Assembly (NCBI GenBank): GCA_028713935.1
Contig: JAQTNI010000015.1
Coordinates: forward strand, 1 to 27,941
Direction: 5' to 3'
DNA length: 27,941 bases
From: Candidatus Iainarchaeum sp.
Lineage (GTDB): Archaea; Iainarchaeota; Iainarchaeia; Iainarchaeales; GCA-2688035
The notes under the pieces are model-generated. The model worked only from the letters and a program-made list of their open reading frames with translations. It did no database searches and was not told the origin of the DNA. Each line of letters opens with the position of its first letter. The first letter of the stretch is position 1. Of the stretch, positions 15,306-23,330 are shown piece by piece. A program made the position numbers and the translations under genes.

Positions 15306-16388
15306 TCAGCTTTTCTCAGCCACCCTGTCAAAATTTTTTCCTTCCAGCATTTCAAGGTCATTTTTTGCCTCAAGAGCAGCGCCAAAATAATTCCCGCAGG
15401 GTTCGTTTGCATTTGTTATAATGCACTCAACTTTCATGCCAAGCTTTTTGCCTATCTCAACAAATTTTTTTGAAAGAGCCTCTGCTTTTTCCCTAGTGCT
15501 AACCTTTGCACCCTGCCCTGTTGGAAGGTCAATCACAACAAACTTTGCGCCAACACTTGCCTTTTTGGCAAGGACACTTGCAATTACCTGCCCCTCAGGG
15601 TCAAGGGAAAGCGGATGCTCTATCCTGATTATTTTGTCATCAGCAGGCGCAAGGTCAACAGCGCCTCCCCATGCAATTACCCCGCCTGTTTTTTCAGTGA
15701 TTTTTTTTATCCTGCTAATTGGCAGCGAAACATCAGCCAGGACTTCCATTGCATCTGCTGTCCCTGCAGCAGAAGTAATGCTCCTGCTGCTTGTTTTTGG
15801 AATAACACAGCCGAGCGCAGCAACAATCGGGACAAGCACCATTGTTGTCCTTCCATTCACGCCTCCAATGCTGTGCTTATCAAGCACAGGGCCTTTGCTA
15901 AGCATTAATCTTTTTCCATCCTGGACAAGCGCCTTTGCCATTGCGGCGGTTTCATCAAGGTTATAGCCGCGGATATACACTGCTGTCATGAACGCGCTTG
16001 TTTCAATCTGCGACAATTTGTTAGAAGAAATGTCAATTACAATCTGTTTCATTTCTTTTTCCTGCAGTACTTCCCCTGCAAGCTTTTTTTTGATTAAGGA
16101 AACGCTTTCAGGCTGGGGCGACTGTTTCACTTCAACAGAGTCCCCTCTAAAAACAAGCAATTCTTTCTGGGCATCCTCAAACAGGCCAATTTCATTTTCT
16201 TCCACCATTGTTGTGGTGTGGTCAACAACAGTCACAACCTTCCTGCAATTTTTCGGGTTTGTTATCTGCACCCTGTCAAGAGGCAACACTCCAAGCTCTT
16301 TTGCATCGTTTTCATGCATTATTGCAATCAGTTCGCCTGCTTCCAGGTCAAAGGTTTTCACCTTCATCAACTTGGCATACCTGTCCAT
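15306..16388 (-). CDS. deoA: AMP phosphorylase (archaeal DeoA-like), N-terminal and catalytic core part, ending at an in-frame TGA (15306-15308)
   Basis: An archaeal-type N-terminal extension (MKVKTFDLEAGELIAIMHENDAKELGV) is followed by VLDKHSIGGVNGRTTMVLVPIVAALG, SSRSITSAAGTADAMEVL and VIDLPTGQGAKV. The ATG at 16388 is preceded by the SD ctggtggaaaa. Confidence 0.85.
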   Translation of the reverse strand: MDRYAKLMKVKTFDLEAGELIAIMHENDAKELGVLPLDRVQITNPKNCRKVVTVVDHTTTMVEENEIGLFEDAQKELLVFRGDSVEVKQSPQPESVSLIKKKLAGEVLQEKEMKQIVIDISSNKLSQIETSAFMTAVYIRGYNLDETAAMAKALVQDGKRLMLSKGPVLDKHSIGGVNGRTTMVLVPIVAALGCVIPKTSSRSITSAAGTADAMEVLADVSLPISRIKKITEKTGGVIAWGGAVDLAPADDKIIRIEHPLSLDPEGQVIASVLAKKASVGAKFVVIDLPTGQGAKVSTREKAEALSKKFVEIGKKLGMKVECIITNANEPCGNYFGAALEAKNDLEMLEGKNFDRVAEKS

Positions 16389-16420
16389 TTTTTTCCACCA
16401 GAATAAAAAACAGCAAATTG

Positions 16421-16780
16421 TTATTTAATCCTTGCCATTGCTTCAAAATTAATTTTTTTGTCTTTTGGATTGAAAACTTCAACAATTTTATATTTTCCTT
16501 TTGTCCAGGGCCTGCCTTCAAGGAGAAAATGAGTTGCCTCAATTATCATTACGCTTGCAACAGGCCTTGAAAGCTCTTGATTGCCTTTTGTTTCAACCAA
16601 AGGAACTTCCCCTTCAAGCCAATAATTCCTCTGGCCTTGCTTCAGAAACCCGAAAATTTTTTCTTTTTCAAGCTTTTCAGGAATGCACTCCTCTTCTTTC
16701 CTTCTCCCTGCACTGAATTCCGAAAAATTTCTTAATGCCAGGTCCGCATTGAATTCAACTTTTATTCCCAAGAACACCAC
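16421..16780 (-). CDS. Hypothetical protein (119 aa) between pyrF and the AMP phosphorylase
   Basis: The ORF has a GTG start 9 nt after the pyrF stop. I recognise no family (MVFLGIKVEFNADLALRNF...EGRPWTKGKYKIVEVFNPKDKK). It is supported mainly by its length and operon position. Confidence 0.45.
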   Translation of the reverse strand: MVFLGIKVEFNADLALRNFSEFSAGRRKEEECIPEKLEKEKIFGFLKQGQRNYWLEGEVPLVETKGNQELSRPVASVMIIEATHFLLEGRPWTKGKYKIVEVFNPKDKKINFEAMARIK

Positions 16781-16789
16781 TTTTCCAAA

Positions 16790-17491
16790 TCAGATTTCTT
16801 TTACCAATTCAAGCGCTGCTTTTTTTATGTCGGGCGCTTCATACAATGCCCTGCCAACAATTGCGTGCCAGGTTTTTCCGGCAGCTTTTGCCGAATCGGA
16901 AATTTTTCCGCCCTGTGCAACCAGGCCGGGAGAATAAAGCACTGGCTCTGCTCCCTTGCTTTCCAAAAAGCCCTTGTAAAAAAGAATTTTTTCAGGCTTG
17001 TTTCCGGGAACAACAAAATCATTCACTCCAAGCAAAACAGCATTCTCATACATTCTTTTCGGGCCTTCAGACAAAATATAACCGTTTTCCGTTTCAAGAT
17101 AGCCTTTATGAGTCATTTCCCCGCCTACAATCACTGCAATGCCTGCTTCTTTCAAAGCCGTTATCCATGCCTTTTCAGTTTCAGGGCCTGCCTGTGGAAA
17201 AAGAATTGCGGCATCAAGCTTTGCTTTTTTGCATACTCTTGCAAAATTTTTTCCAGTGTCAGGAATATCAGTTCCAGCTTTCTGATGGTCATAAATAACT
17301 GGCTTGTCAGAAAATTTTTTTGCTGTTTTCACTATTTTTGGCAACCCGTAATTCAATGCCAGTTCAAACCCGATTTTGTATGCCCCGATTTTTTCTATGC
17401 CTGCTGTTTCCTGCACTATTTCCTCAAATTTTTTTATGTCTTCCACATCACAGGCAGGAATAACGCTTCTCGGAATTTTTATTATTGCCAT
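16790..17491 (-). CDS. pyrF: Orotidine 5'-phosphate decarboxylase
   Basis: VIYDHQKAGTDIPDT corresponds to the D.K..DIP.T motif. SPGLVAQGG and AIVGRALY are collinear with the archaeal ODCase from M. thermautotrophicus (SPGVGAQGG, IIVGRSIY). The ATG at 17491 is preceded by GGAGGGGG. Confidence 0.85.
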   Translation of the reverse strand: MAIIKIPRSVIPACDVEDIKKFEEIVQETAGIEKIGAYKIGFELALNYGLPKIVKTAKKFSDKPVIYDHQKAGTDIPDTGKNFARVCKKAKLDAAILFPQAGPETEKAWITALKEAGIAVIVGGEMTHKGYLETENGYILSEGPKRMYENAVLLGVNDFVVPGNKPEKILFYKGFLESKGAEPVLYSPGLVAQGGKISDSAKAAGKTWHAIVGRALYEAPDIKKAALELVKEI

Positions 17492-17492
17492 T

Positions 17493-18062
17493 TTAAACCC
17501 CCTCCATTGCATACATAATTTCTGTCAAAACTTTGTCTAAATGTCTTACAGTTCCAAGTATATAGTGTTTCCTCACGCTTGGCGACTGTAGAATTAAACG
17601 TAATCCAATTTCACCGCATTGTATACTTAACTTGTTTAAGGCACCTTCGATTTCTGGGCCCATTCCCTTGAAAAACAATTGTTCTGCTGGATTTAGCGTC
17701 ACCCTGCCTTCTCCATGCGACCTGTAAGTCCTTTCAAAAATTCTCAGTATTGTTTTCTCTGCAAGAGCAAACTTTGCATTGGCCTGCAATTCTTTCTGCA
17801 GAACAGTTTTCAATAATTCATTGCAAATAATTTTTGCACCCGGCTTTTCGGCTTTTTCAAGAAGGTCTACAAAGCTTGTATCCACCCTTCTTCTTAAAGC
17901 AGGGAGTGTATATTTTGCATTGACTGCCTCCGCTACCTGCCCCAGGTAATCCAAAGTGTTCGGGCTTGGTTCAAAAAAAACTGCTTTTCTTCTGCCTCTT
18001 GCAGCTCTGTTTTCTATAATTCTTTCTCGGGTTTCTCTTGGTGTTGGTTTTCTTGTTTGCAT
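17493..18062 (-). CDS. Arg-rich hypothetical protein (189 aa) with a basic N-terminal tail, between pyrE and pyrF
   Basis: ATG start 3 nt after the pyrE stop. The N-terminus is MQTRKPTPRETRERIIENRAARGRRK. It looks predominantly helical. By hand count about 18 of 189 residues are Arg, against 4 of 206 in pyrE. Confidence 0.6.
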   Translation of the reverse strand: MQTRKPTPRETRERIIENRAARGRRKAVFFEPSPNTLDYLGQVAEAVNAKYTLPALRRRVDTSFVDLLEKAEKPGAKIICNELLKTVLQKELQANAKFALAEKTILRIFERTYRSHGEGRVTLNPAEQLFFKGMGPEIEGALNKLSIQCGEIGLRLILQSPSVRKHYILGTVRHLDKVLTEIMYAMEGV

Positions 18063-18065
18063 AAT

Positions 18066-18686
18066 TCAGCACTTTGATTTGCTCCATTCTTCCGGATTCT
18101 GAAAATAATTTGAAATGTCCTTGAATTGTGTTTCGGAAATTTTTTTGTTTTCTTTCAGGATTTTTAAAACCTCGCTGATTTTGAGGACTGAATGAAGCTC
18201 ATAGCCTTTTTCAGCAAGCTCTTTTGTTCCGCCCTGTTCCCTGTCAACCAGAACAGCAATATCTTTTACTTTCAAGCCGTTTTCCTGCAAGGGAGTTATT
18301 GCTTCAAATTTGCTTGCCCCGGTTGTAATCAAGTCATCAATGACAAGCACTGTTTCGCCTTCCTTGAAAACTCCTTCAATTGGCTTTTTTGTGCCATAAT
18401 CTTTTGCTTCTTTTCTTGGATAAATCATTGGCCAGTCAGTTTCAAGGCTCAGGGCAGTTGCAATTGCAATTGCGGCATAAGGAATTCCCGCTATCCTGTC
18501 AAATTTTAGTTTTGAAGAAATTTTTTTCAGTTCAACTGCGGTTTCTTTCAGGATTTTTGGATAACTAACCAACACCCGCAAATCAATGTAAATCGGGCTT
18601 TTTAAGCCTGATTTGAGAGTGAATTCCCCGAATTTTATTGCTCCGCATTCGAACAAATCCAAACAAATTTTTTCACTTGGTTTCAT
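18066..18686 (-). CDS. pyrE: Orotate phosphoribosyltransferase
   Basis: The PRPP-binding motif is VLVIDDLITTGASK. FGEFTLKSGLKSPIYIDLR is the typical OPRTase N-terminus. The ATG overlaps the upstream stop (ATGA), and a strong SD (AGGAGGAGA) is embedded in the upstream ORF. Confidence 0.9.
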   Translation of the reverse strand: MKPSEKICLDLFECGAIKFGEFTLKSGLKSPIYIDLRVLVSYPKILKETAVELKKISSKLKFDRIAGIPYAAIAIATALSLETDWPMIYPRKEAKDYGTKKPIEGVFKEGETVLVIDDLITTGASKFEAITPLQENGLKVKDIAVLVDREQGGTKELAEKGYELHSVLKISEVLKILKENKKISETQFKDISNYFQNPEEWSKSKC

Positions 18687-19303
18687 TTAATTCTCCTCCT
18701 GATTTTTTGCCTTACGATTCTTTGCCTTGGCTGATGCCTGGCGATTTCCTGCCGGAATAAAATTATTTTATTGCAAAGCCCCTTTAATCCGGGCAAGCTT
18801 TCCGGTTTCATTTCCGGCTCGCCTCGCCCATTAAGCGAAACTTTTATCTTGGAAAGCAATTTTCCTGATTTTTTTGGGCCCATTCTTGTGGCTGCCGCAT
18901 TAAGGCCAAAGCCTTTCGCTGCCCACTCGCGGGCAAAACTGTCCGCTTTCCACTTTTGTGCAGGATTAAGGGAAAGGCCTGTTACTTTTTTATAAAGCGC
19001 AGCAGAGTATTGCTCAAGAATTTTTCTTATTCTCAAAGCAGCCTGTATTTCACTGTAACGCAGTTTTGCCTTCTCAGCTTCTCTTATATTTCCGCTTGCA
19101 GTTTTTTTCTGGATAAAATCGCTTAAAAAAGAAAGCTGTTTTGCTGCAAGCCCCTTGAACTCGTTCATTTCTCCCGGCTTGAAAGTATAAGTTTCTTCTG
19201 TGATAAGCCTTTCAAAAACAGAAGTCACAAAAGCGCTGTCAGTGCCAAGAAGCCTGCCAAGCAAGCCGAGCAGCAAATCAACATTGCCTTTTTCATTAAC
19301 CAA
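18683..19303 (-). CDS. Arg-rich hypothetical protein (206 aa) with a basic C-terminal tail, upstream of pyrE
   Basis: TTG start preceded by gagtgg. The C-terminus is FRQEIARHQPRQRIVRQKIRRRIK. About 17 of 206 residues are Arg. It shares LNPA[EQ] and MGP[EK] blocks with the 189-aa ORF. Confidence 0.55.
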   Translation of the reverse strand: MVNEKGNVDLLLGLLGRLLGTDSAFVTSVFERLITEETYTFKPGEMNEFKGLAAKQLSFLSDFIQKKTASGNIREAEKAKLRYSEIQAALRIRKILEQYSAALYKKVTGLSLNPAQKWKADSFAREWAAKGFGLNAAATRMGPKKSGKLLSKIKVSLNGRGEPEMKPESLPGLKGLCNKIILFRQEIARHQPRQRIVRQKIRRRIK

Positions 19304-19338
19304 AAAACCACTCTTTTTCTTTTTGCCTTGCTATTCTA

Positions 19339-19716
19339 TTATTGCCTTCTAATTGTTCTTTTTTCCAAATCAACAGTGAAACGCCCTATTGTTTTTCTTC
19401 CAGTAGATTCATTGAACGGGTCGCTTACTATGGTAAAACTGAACACTTGTTTTGCCTGGCCAACATTGTCGAGAATGAACATCCATTTGCCTGATGTTGC
19501 ATTATGGCCGTTGCAAAGCAGCTTAAAAGTGTCAGGCCCGATTGTTGGAATATATCCTGGACCAATGCATTTCAGGGAAACTCCCTGAATAGGCATTCTA
19601 TTTGCTGCCGAAGCACCCACACCACTGAGCCTGCCTCTTTCCCTGAGCTTTTCATCATGCTGTCTTTTTTTATCGGCCTCATGCATTCTTTTTGCCCGAG
19701 TTTCATGGCGCCTCAT
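19339..19716 (-). CDS. Arg-rich hypothetical protein (125 aa): basic N-terminal arm plus a probable beta-rich core
   Basis: The ATG immediately follows the pyrC TGA (TGAATG). The N-terminus is MRRHETRAKRMHEADKKRQHDEKLRERGRL. The core is GVSLKCIGPGYIPTIGPDTFKLLCNGHNATSGKWMFILDNVGQAKQVFSFTIVSDPF. About 14 of 125 residues are Arg. Confidence 0.55.
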   Translation of the reverse strand: MRRHETRAKRMHEADKKRQHDEKLRERGRLSGVGASAANRMPIQGVSLKCIGPGYIPTIGPDTFKLLCNGHNATSGKWMFILDNVGQAKQVFSFTIVSDPFNESTGRKTIGRFTVDLEKRTIRRQ

Positions 19717-21006
19717 TCAAATTGCCTCCTTTCCCGCAATAAAAACTTTTTCAATTTTTCCCTGCAATTCCAATCCATTAAAAGGAGACCATTTGCATTT
19801 TGTTTTCAAATTTTCGTTTTTAATTGTTGTTTTTCCATTCAGGTTAACCAGCGCCAGGTCCGCATCAAAGCCTTCCATTACCTTGCCCTTATTTTCCAAG
19901 CCAAAAATCCTTGCAGGATTTTCACAGCACAATTCAACAATTCTTGCAAGAGAAATTTTTTCCTTTGCAGCAGCATCAAGCAAAAGCGGAAGCATTGTTT
20001 CTATTCCAGGGACTCCGCTTGGCGCTTCAAAATAAGGCTTCTGCTTTTCTTCAATTGTGTGAGGAGCATGGTCAGTGCCAATGCAATCAACAATTCCCTG
20101 TTCAATTCCTTTCCACAATGCCTTTTGGTCCTGCCTGCTTCTCAAAGGAGGGTTTATTTTCCCGAAATTTCCAAGCTCTTCAATATTTTCTTCCGACAAA
20201 AACAAGTGATGCGGAGTAACCTCGCATGAAATTCCAGGCCTTTCTTTTTTTGCCTCTCCAATAAGCGAAAGCCCATCTTCTGTTGAAACATGCAAAAAAT
20301 GAATCCTGTTCCCGATTTTTTTCTGCAAATCAAGCGCTTTTTCAATTGCAATTTTTTCGGAAAGAGGGGGCCTTATTTCATTGTGGAATTTTGCTGAATT
20401 TTTTGCATCCCATTTTGCTTTTTTCAGGTTTGCTGCAATCAAATCCTCGTCCTCTGCATGCACTGTTACAAGCAAATCCTTTTTTTTTGCAATCTTAAAA
20501 ATCCTTTCAAGGCTTTTTTTGTCTTTTACAAGCAAAGAGCCAGTGCTGCTTCCCATGAAAACTTTTATTGAAGAAACACCTTCAAGCCTCCGCAGTTCAG
20601 CTTCATTGTCAGTTGTTGCGCCAAAATGAAATCCAAAATTGCACAAGGAATCTTTTTTCACTGCAACAATTTTTTCTTCAATAAGATGCCTGCTTGTCAA
20701 TGGGGGAATTGTGTTCGGCATGTCAAGCACAGTTGTAACTCCGCCTGAAATTGCTGCCCTTGTCGCGGAAGCCCAATCTTCCTTGTGGGTCATTCCAGGA
20801 AAGCGAAAATGCACATGTTCATCAATAAGGCCGGGAATCAAAAAGCTTCCTTTGCAGTCAATTGTGTTAATGGTGTTGAGTTTTTCAGTTTCCAATGCAA
20901 TTTTTCCAATCAAGCCGTTTTTGATTCCAATGTTTCTCTTCAAAAACTGGCCTTTCTGCACTGCAAGGCAATTCTTCAAAACCAAATCAAATTCCTGCAT
21001 TGTCAT
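19717..21006 (-). CDS. pyrC: Dihydroorotase
   Basis: The metal-binding DEHVHFRFPG is followed by VTVHAEDEDLI, FLHVSTEDG and GTDHAPH, the characteristic amidohydrolase/DHOase motifs. Confidence 0.9.
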   Translation of the reverse strand: MTMQEFDLVLKNCLAVQKGQFLKRNIGIKNGLIGKIALETEKLNTINTIDCKGSFLIPGLIDEHVHFRFPGMTHKEDWASATRAAISGGVTTVLDMPNTIPPLTSRHLIEEKIVAVKKDSLCNFGFHFGATTDNEAELRRLEGVSSIKVFMGSSTGSLLVKDKKSLERIFKIAKKKDLLVTVHAEDEDLIAANLKKAKWDAKNSAKFHNEIRPPLSEKIAIEKALDLQKKIGNRIHFLHVSTEDGLSLIGEAKKERPGISCEVTPHHLFLSEENIEELGNFGKINPPLRSRQDQKALWKGIEQGIVDCIGTDHAPHTIEEKQKPYFEAPSGVPGIETMLPLLLDAAAKEKISLARIVELCCENPARIFGLENKGKVMEGFDADLALVNLNGKTTIKNENLKTKCKWSPFNGLELQGKIEKVFIAGKEAI

Positions 21007-21599
21007 GACGAATTCGCCCCTAAATCCAAAATAAATGGTTTAATGTTTTTATTTTTTGTATCCACAATTAATTCCCAACTATCTTCTAATTTTATCCCCA
21101 ATTCTCTTGCCCTTTGGTTTTCGCTTGCAATATGTTCTATAGTACGCGAAATTTCCTCTTCAGGAATTCCCAGTGCTCTCAAGTGATGGCGATTATTGTT
21201 GAAACCATGTTTGAATTGCAAATCCCCTAATTTTGAAAGGTCTGTCAAGGCAACATATTTTTTTCCATAAATTTGTACCAGCCTTATTGTTGGAGGGACA
21301 GAAAAACCGTTTGCCCTAAGCCTTTGAAAAATGCCGAATTCTCTTTTTGCAATGGCGTTTTGCCTGATTGGGTTGCGATATTTTTTTATAACAAGATTTA
21401 CTTTATGTTTGCCCTTGTAAACAAGCAAATCATACACTGTGCCATGGCGCCCTGCGCAGACTTCTGGCCAGCCCTCTAGTCGGGCAACCCTTTTTATTGT
21501 TACTGCCTTTTTTACTCTGTCTGCAACAAATGTTTTTTTGCCGCCATACAATTTCTTTCGAAAAAAAATCCTGCGCGAAAATCTAGGAAATGTTCCCAT
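21003..21599 (-). CDS. Arg-rich hypothetical protein (198 aa), possibly a minimal protein-kinase-like fold
   Basis: ATG preceded by GAGGAG. The stop overlaps the pyrC start (ATGA).

Sequence elements, in order:
- basic N-terminus MGTFPRFSRRIFFRKKLYGGKK
- Gly-loop-like CAGRHGTVY
- VNLVIKKY
- KREFGIFQRL
- VALTDLS
- ELGIKLEDSWELIVDTKNKNIKPFILDLG, which contains D.K..N-like and DLG elements. Confidence 0.55.
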   Translation of the reverse strand: MGTFPRFSRRIFFRKKLYGGKKTFVADRVKKAVTIKRVARLEGWPEVCAGRHGTVYDLLVYKGKHKVNLVIKKYRNPIRQNAIAKREFGIFQRLRANGFSVPPTIRLVQIYGKKYVALTDLSKLGDLQFKHGFNNNRHHLRALGIPEEEISRTIEHIASENQRARELGIKLEDSWELIVDTKNKNIKPFILDLGANSS

Positions 21600-21620
21600 T
21601 CAAACTCCTCTTCACTGTGC

Positions 21621-22430
21621 TTATTGCCTCCATTGTGCATATTCTTGCAAAGAAACCTTTTTAGTGCTTTTCAGCCTTGCAAATTTTCCAAATTCAGGCA
21701 TTTTTTGCAGCTGTTCATTCCTGAAAACTGGGCCGTCCCTGCAGACAAGCCATTCATTTATTGCGCATTGGCCACAAATTCCCATTCCCCCACATTTCAT
21801 AAACCGTTCCAGATTCAACTGGCATTTAATTTTATGCTTCTCACAAATTTCAAAAACTTTTGAAAGCATTATTTCCGGGCCACATGCAAACACGCAGTCA
21901 AATTTTTCCTTCTGCAGCAATTTTTCAAGTGTTGTTGTTGTAAAGCCTTTTTCTCCTTCCGAACCATCATCGGTTGTTATGTACAAGCCGCCAGTCTTTC
22001 CGAGGTTTTTTTTGAACAGGCACTCGCTTCCTGTCCTTGCGCCTAAAATTATTTTCAATCCAATTTTTTTCTTTTTCAATTCCTGTGCAAGCAATAAAAC
22101 TGGCGCTGCTCCGCAGCCCCCTGCGACAATGCAGGCTTTTTTTACTCCCTTGAAATCAAATCCGTTTCCATAAGGGCCTCTTATTCCGATTGAATCCCCT
22201 TCTTTCATTGCAAAAAGCGCTTTTGTGAATTTTCCCCTTTCCTGCACAGTAATTGCAATTTCTTTTCCTGCAGCAGTGAGAGTGAAAGGCTTTTCATCAA
22301 TGCCGGGAAGCCATGCCATTACAAATTGCCCAGGAATTGCCTTAATTTCAATGCCAAGAAAAAAAGTGCGTATGCTCTGGGTTTCCTGCACAATTTTTTT
22401 TATCCTGCAAATTTTTGGCAAATCACTCAT
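21621..22430 (-). CDS. pyrK: Dihydroorotate dehydrogenase B electron-transfer subunit (FAD/[2Fe-2S])
   Basis: The C-terminal cluster motif is MKCGGMGICGQCA. RPFTL-like (EKPFTL) and GGCGAAP motifs are present. The ATG at 22430 is preferred over the TTG at 22436 and overlaps the pyrD stop by 8 nt. Confidence 0.9.
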   Translation of the reverse strand: MSDLPKICRIKKIVQETQSIRTFFLGIEIKAIPGQFVMAWLPGIDEKPFTLTAAGKEIAITVQERGKFTKALFAMKEGDSIGIRGPYGNGFDFKGVKKACIVAGGCGAAPVLLLAQELKKKKIGLKIILGARTGSECLFKKNLGKTGGLYITTDDGSEGEKGFTTTTLEKLLQKEKFDCVFACGPEIMLSKVFEICEKHKIKCQLNLERFMKCGGMGICGQCAINEWLVCRDGPVFRNEQLQKMPEFGKFARLKSTKKVSLQEYAQWRQ

Positions 22431-23328
22431 GCGCAATTCCCACCAGTTCTTTCACGCTTTTGTAGCTGTTTGCTTTCATCCATTCCTGCATTTCTTCACA
22501 AACTTTTTTGAAAACACCCGTGCCTTGATAATAAATCCCGCTTCCGATTCCAATTGCTGTTGCGCCTGCCTGCATCAATTCAATTGCATCGCGCCCATTG
22601 CTTACTCCTCCAAGCCCAATAATCGGGATTTTTACTGCCTCAAAAATATCCCAGATGCATCTCACTGCAATTGGCCTTATTGCAGGCCCGCTTATTCCGC
22701 CTTTTTTAAAGTGCAGGACTGGCTTGTGCGCCTCAATGTTTATGAGCATTCCCTGCACAGTATTGATTGCGCAGATTGCGTCAGCGCCCGCAGCTTCGCA
22801 GGCTTTTGCAATTTCTGAAATATTCAGCGCCTGTGGCGTCAGTTTTGCAATCAGCGGAATTTCTCCAATTTCTTTTTTTACTGCTGAAATAACAGAAGCT
22901 CCCGAATCAGCGTGGCATCCAAAAAGCTGGCCATGCATTTCCGAATTTGGGCAGGAAATATTCACTTCAACCATTGCTGGTTTTTTTTCTGCAATTGCCT
23001 TTGCAACTTCCACAAATTCTGAAACATTTGCCCCGTAAATTGATGCAATTACAGGCACTGGGCTTTTTTTTAGCAATTCAAATTCTTCTTCAATTTCCTT
23101 ATAGCCAGGGCTTGGCAGGCCAACCGCATTCAATAATCCGTGTTCCCAGACAGCAACAGTTGGATTGTTATGGCCTTGCCTTTCCTTTGGGCCAACGCTT
23201 TTCATTGTGACAGCGCCTGCGCCTGAATTTGCCGCCCTTAAAAGCAGTTCAGCATTTGTCCCCAGGATTCCGGAAGCAAGCACAGTGGGATTCTTCAGTT
23301 CAATTCCGGCAAAAACAGTTGAAAGCAT
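22423..23328 (-). CDS. pyrD: Dihydroorotate dehydrogenase (class 1B) catalytic subunit
   Basis: LKNPTVLASG, VEVNISCPN, AINT, GGISGPAIRPIA and IGLGGV are classic DHODH motifs. Confidence 0.9.
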   Translation of the reverse strand: MLSTVFAGIELKNPTVLASGILGTNAELLLRAANSGAGAVTMKSVGPKERQGHNNPTVAVWEHGLLNAVGLPSPGYKEIEEEFELLKKSPVPVIASIYGANVSEFVEVAKAIAEKKPAMVEVNISCPNSEMHGQLFGCHADSGASVISAVKKEIGEIPLIAKLTPQALNISEIAKACEAAGADAICAINTVQGMLINIEAHKPVLHFKKGGISGPAIRPIAVRCIWDIFEAVKIPIIGLGGVSNGRDAIELMQAGATAIGIGSGIYYQGTGVFKKVCEEMQEWMKANSYKSVKELVGIAHE

Positions 23329-23330
23329 TT

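Noticed and set aside
15306-15308. Genome-wide reassignment of UGA (to Trp or Gly), or selenocysteine, as the explanation for the in-frame TGA in the AMP phosphorylase
   Set aside because: TGA terminates at least ten well-supported genes in this window: the glutaredoxin-like gene, ogg, the antitoxin-like gene, rpl21e, DUF655, htpX, the TyrRS-like gene, pyrC, pyrE and pyrD. A global reassignment is therefore not supported. There is also no 3' UTR downstream for an archaeal SECIS, because the gene's stop abuts the ksgA stop.
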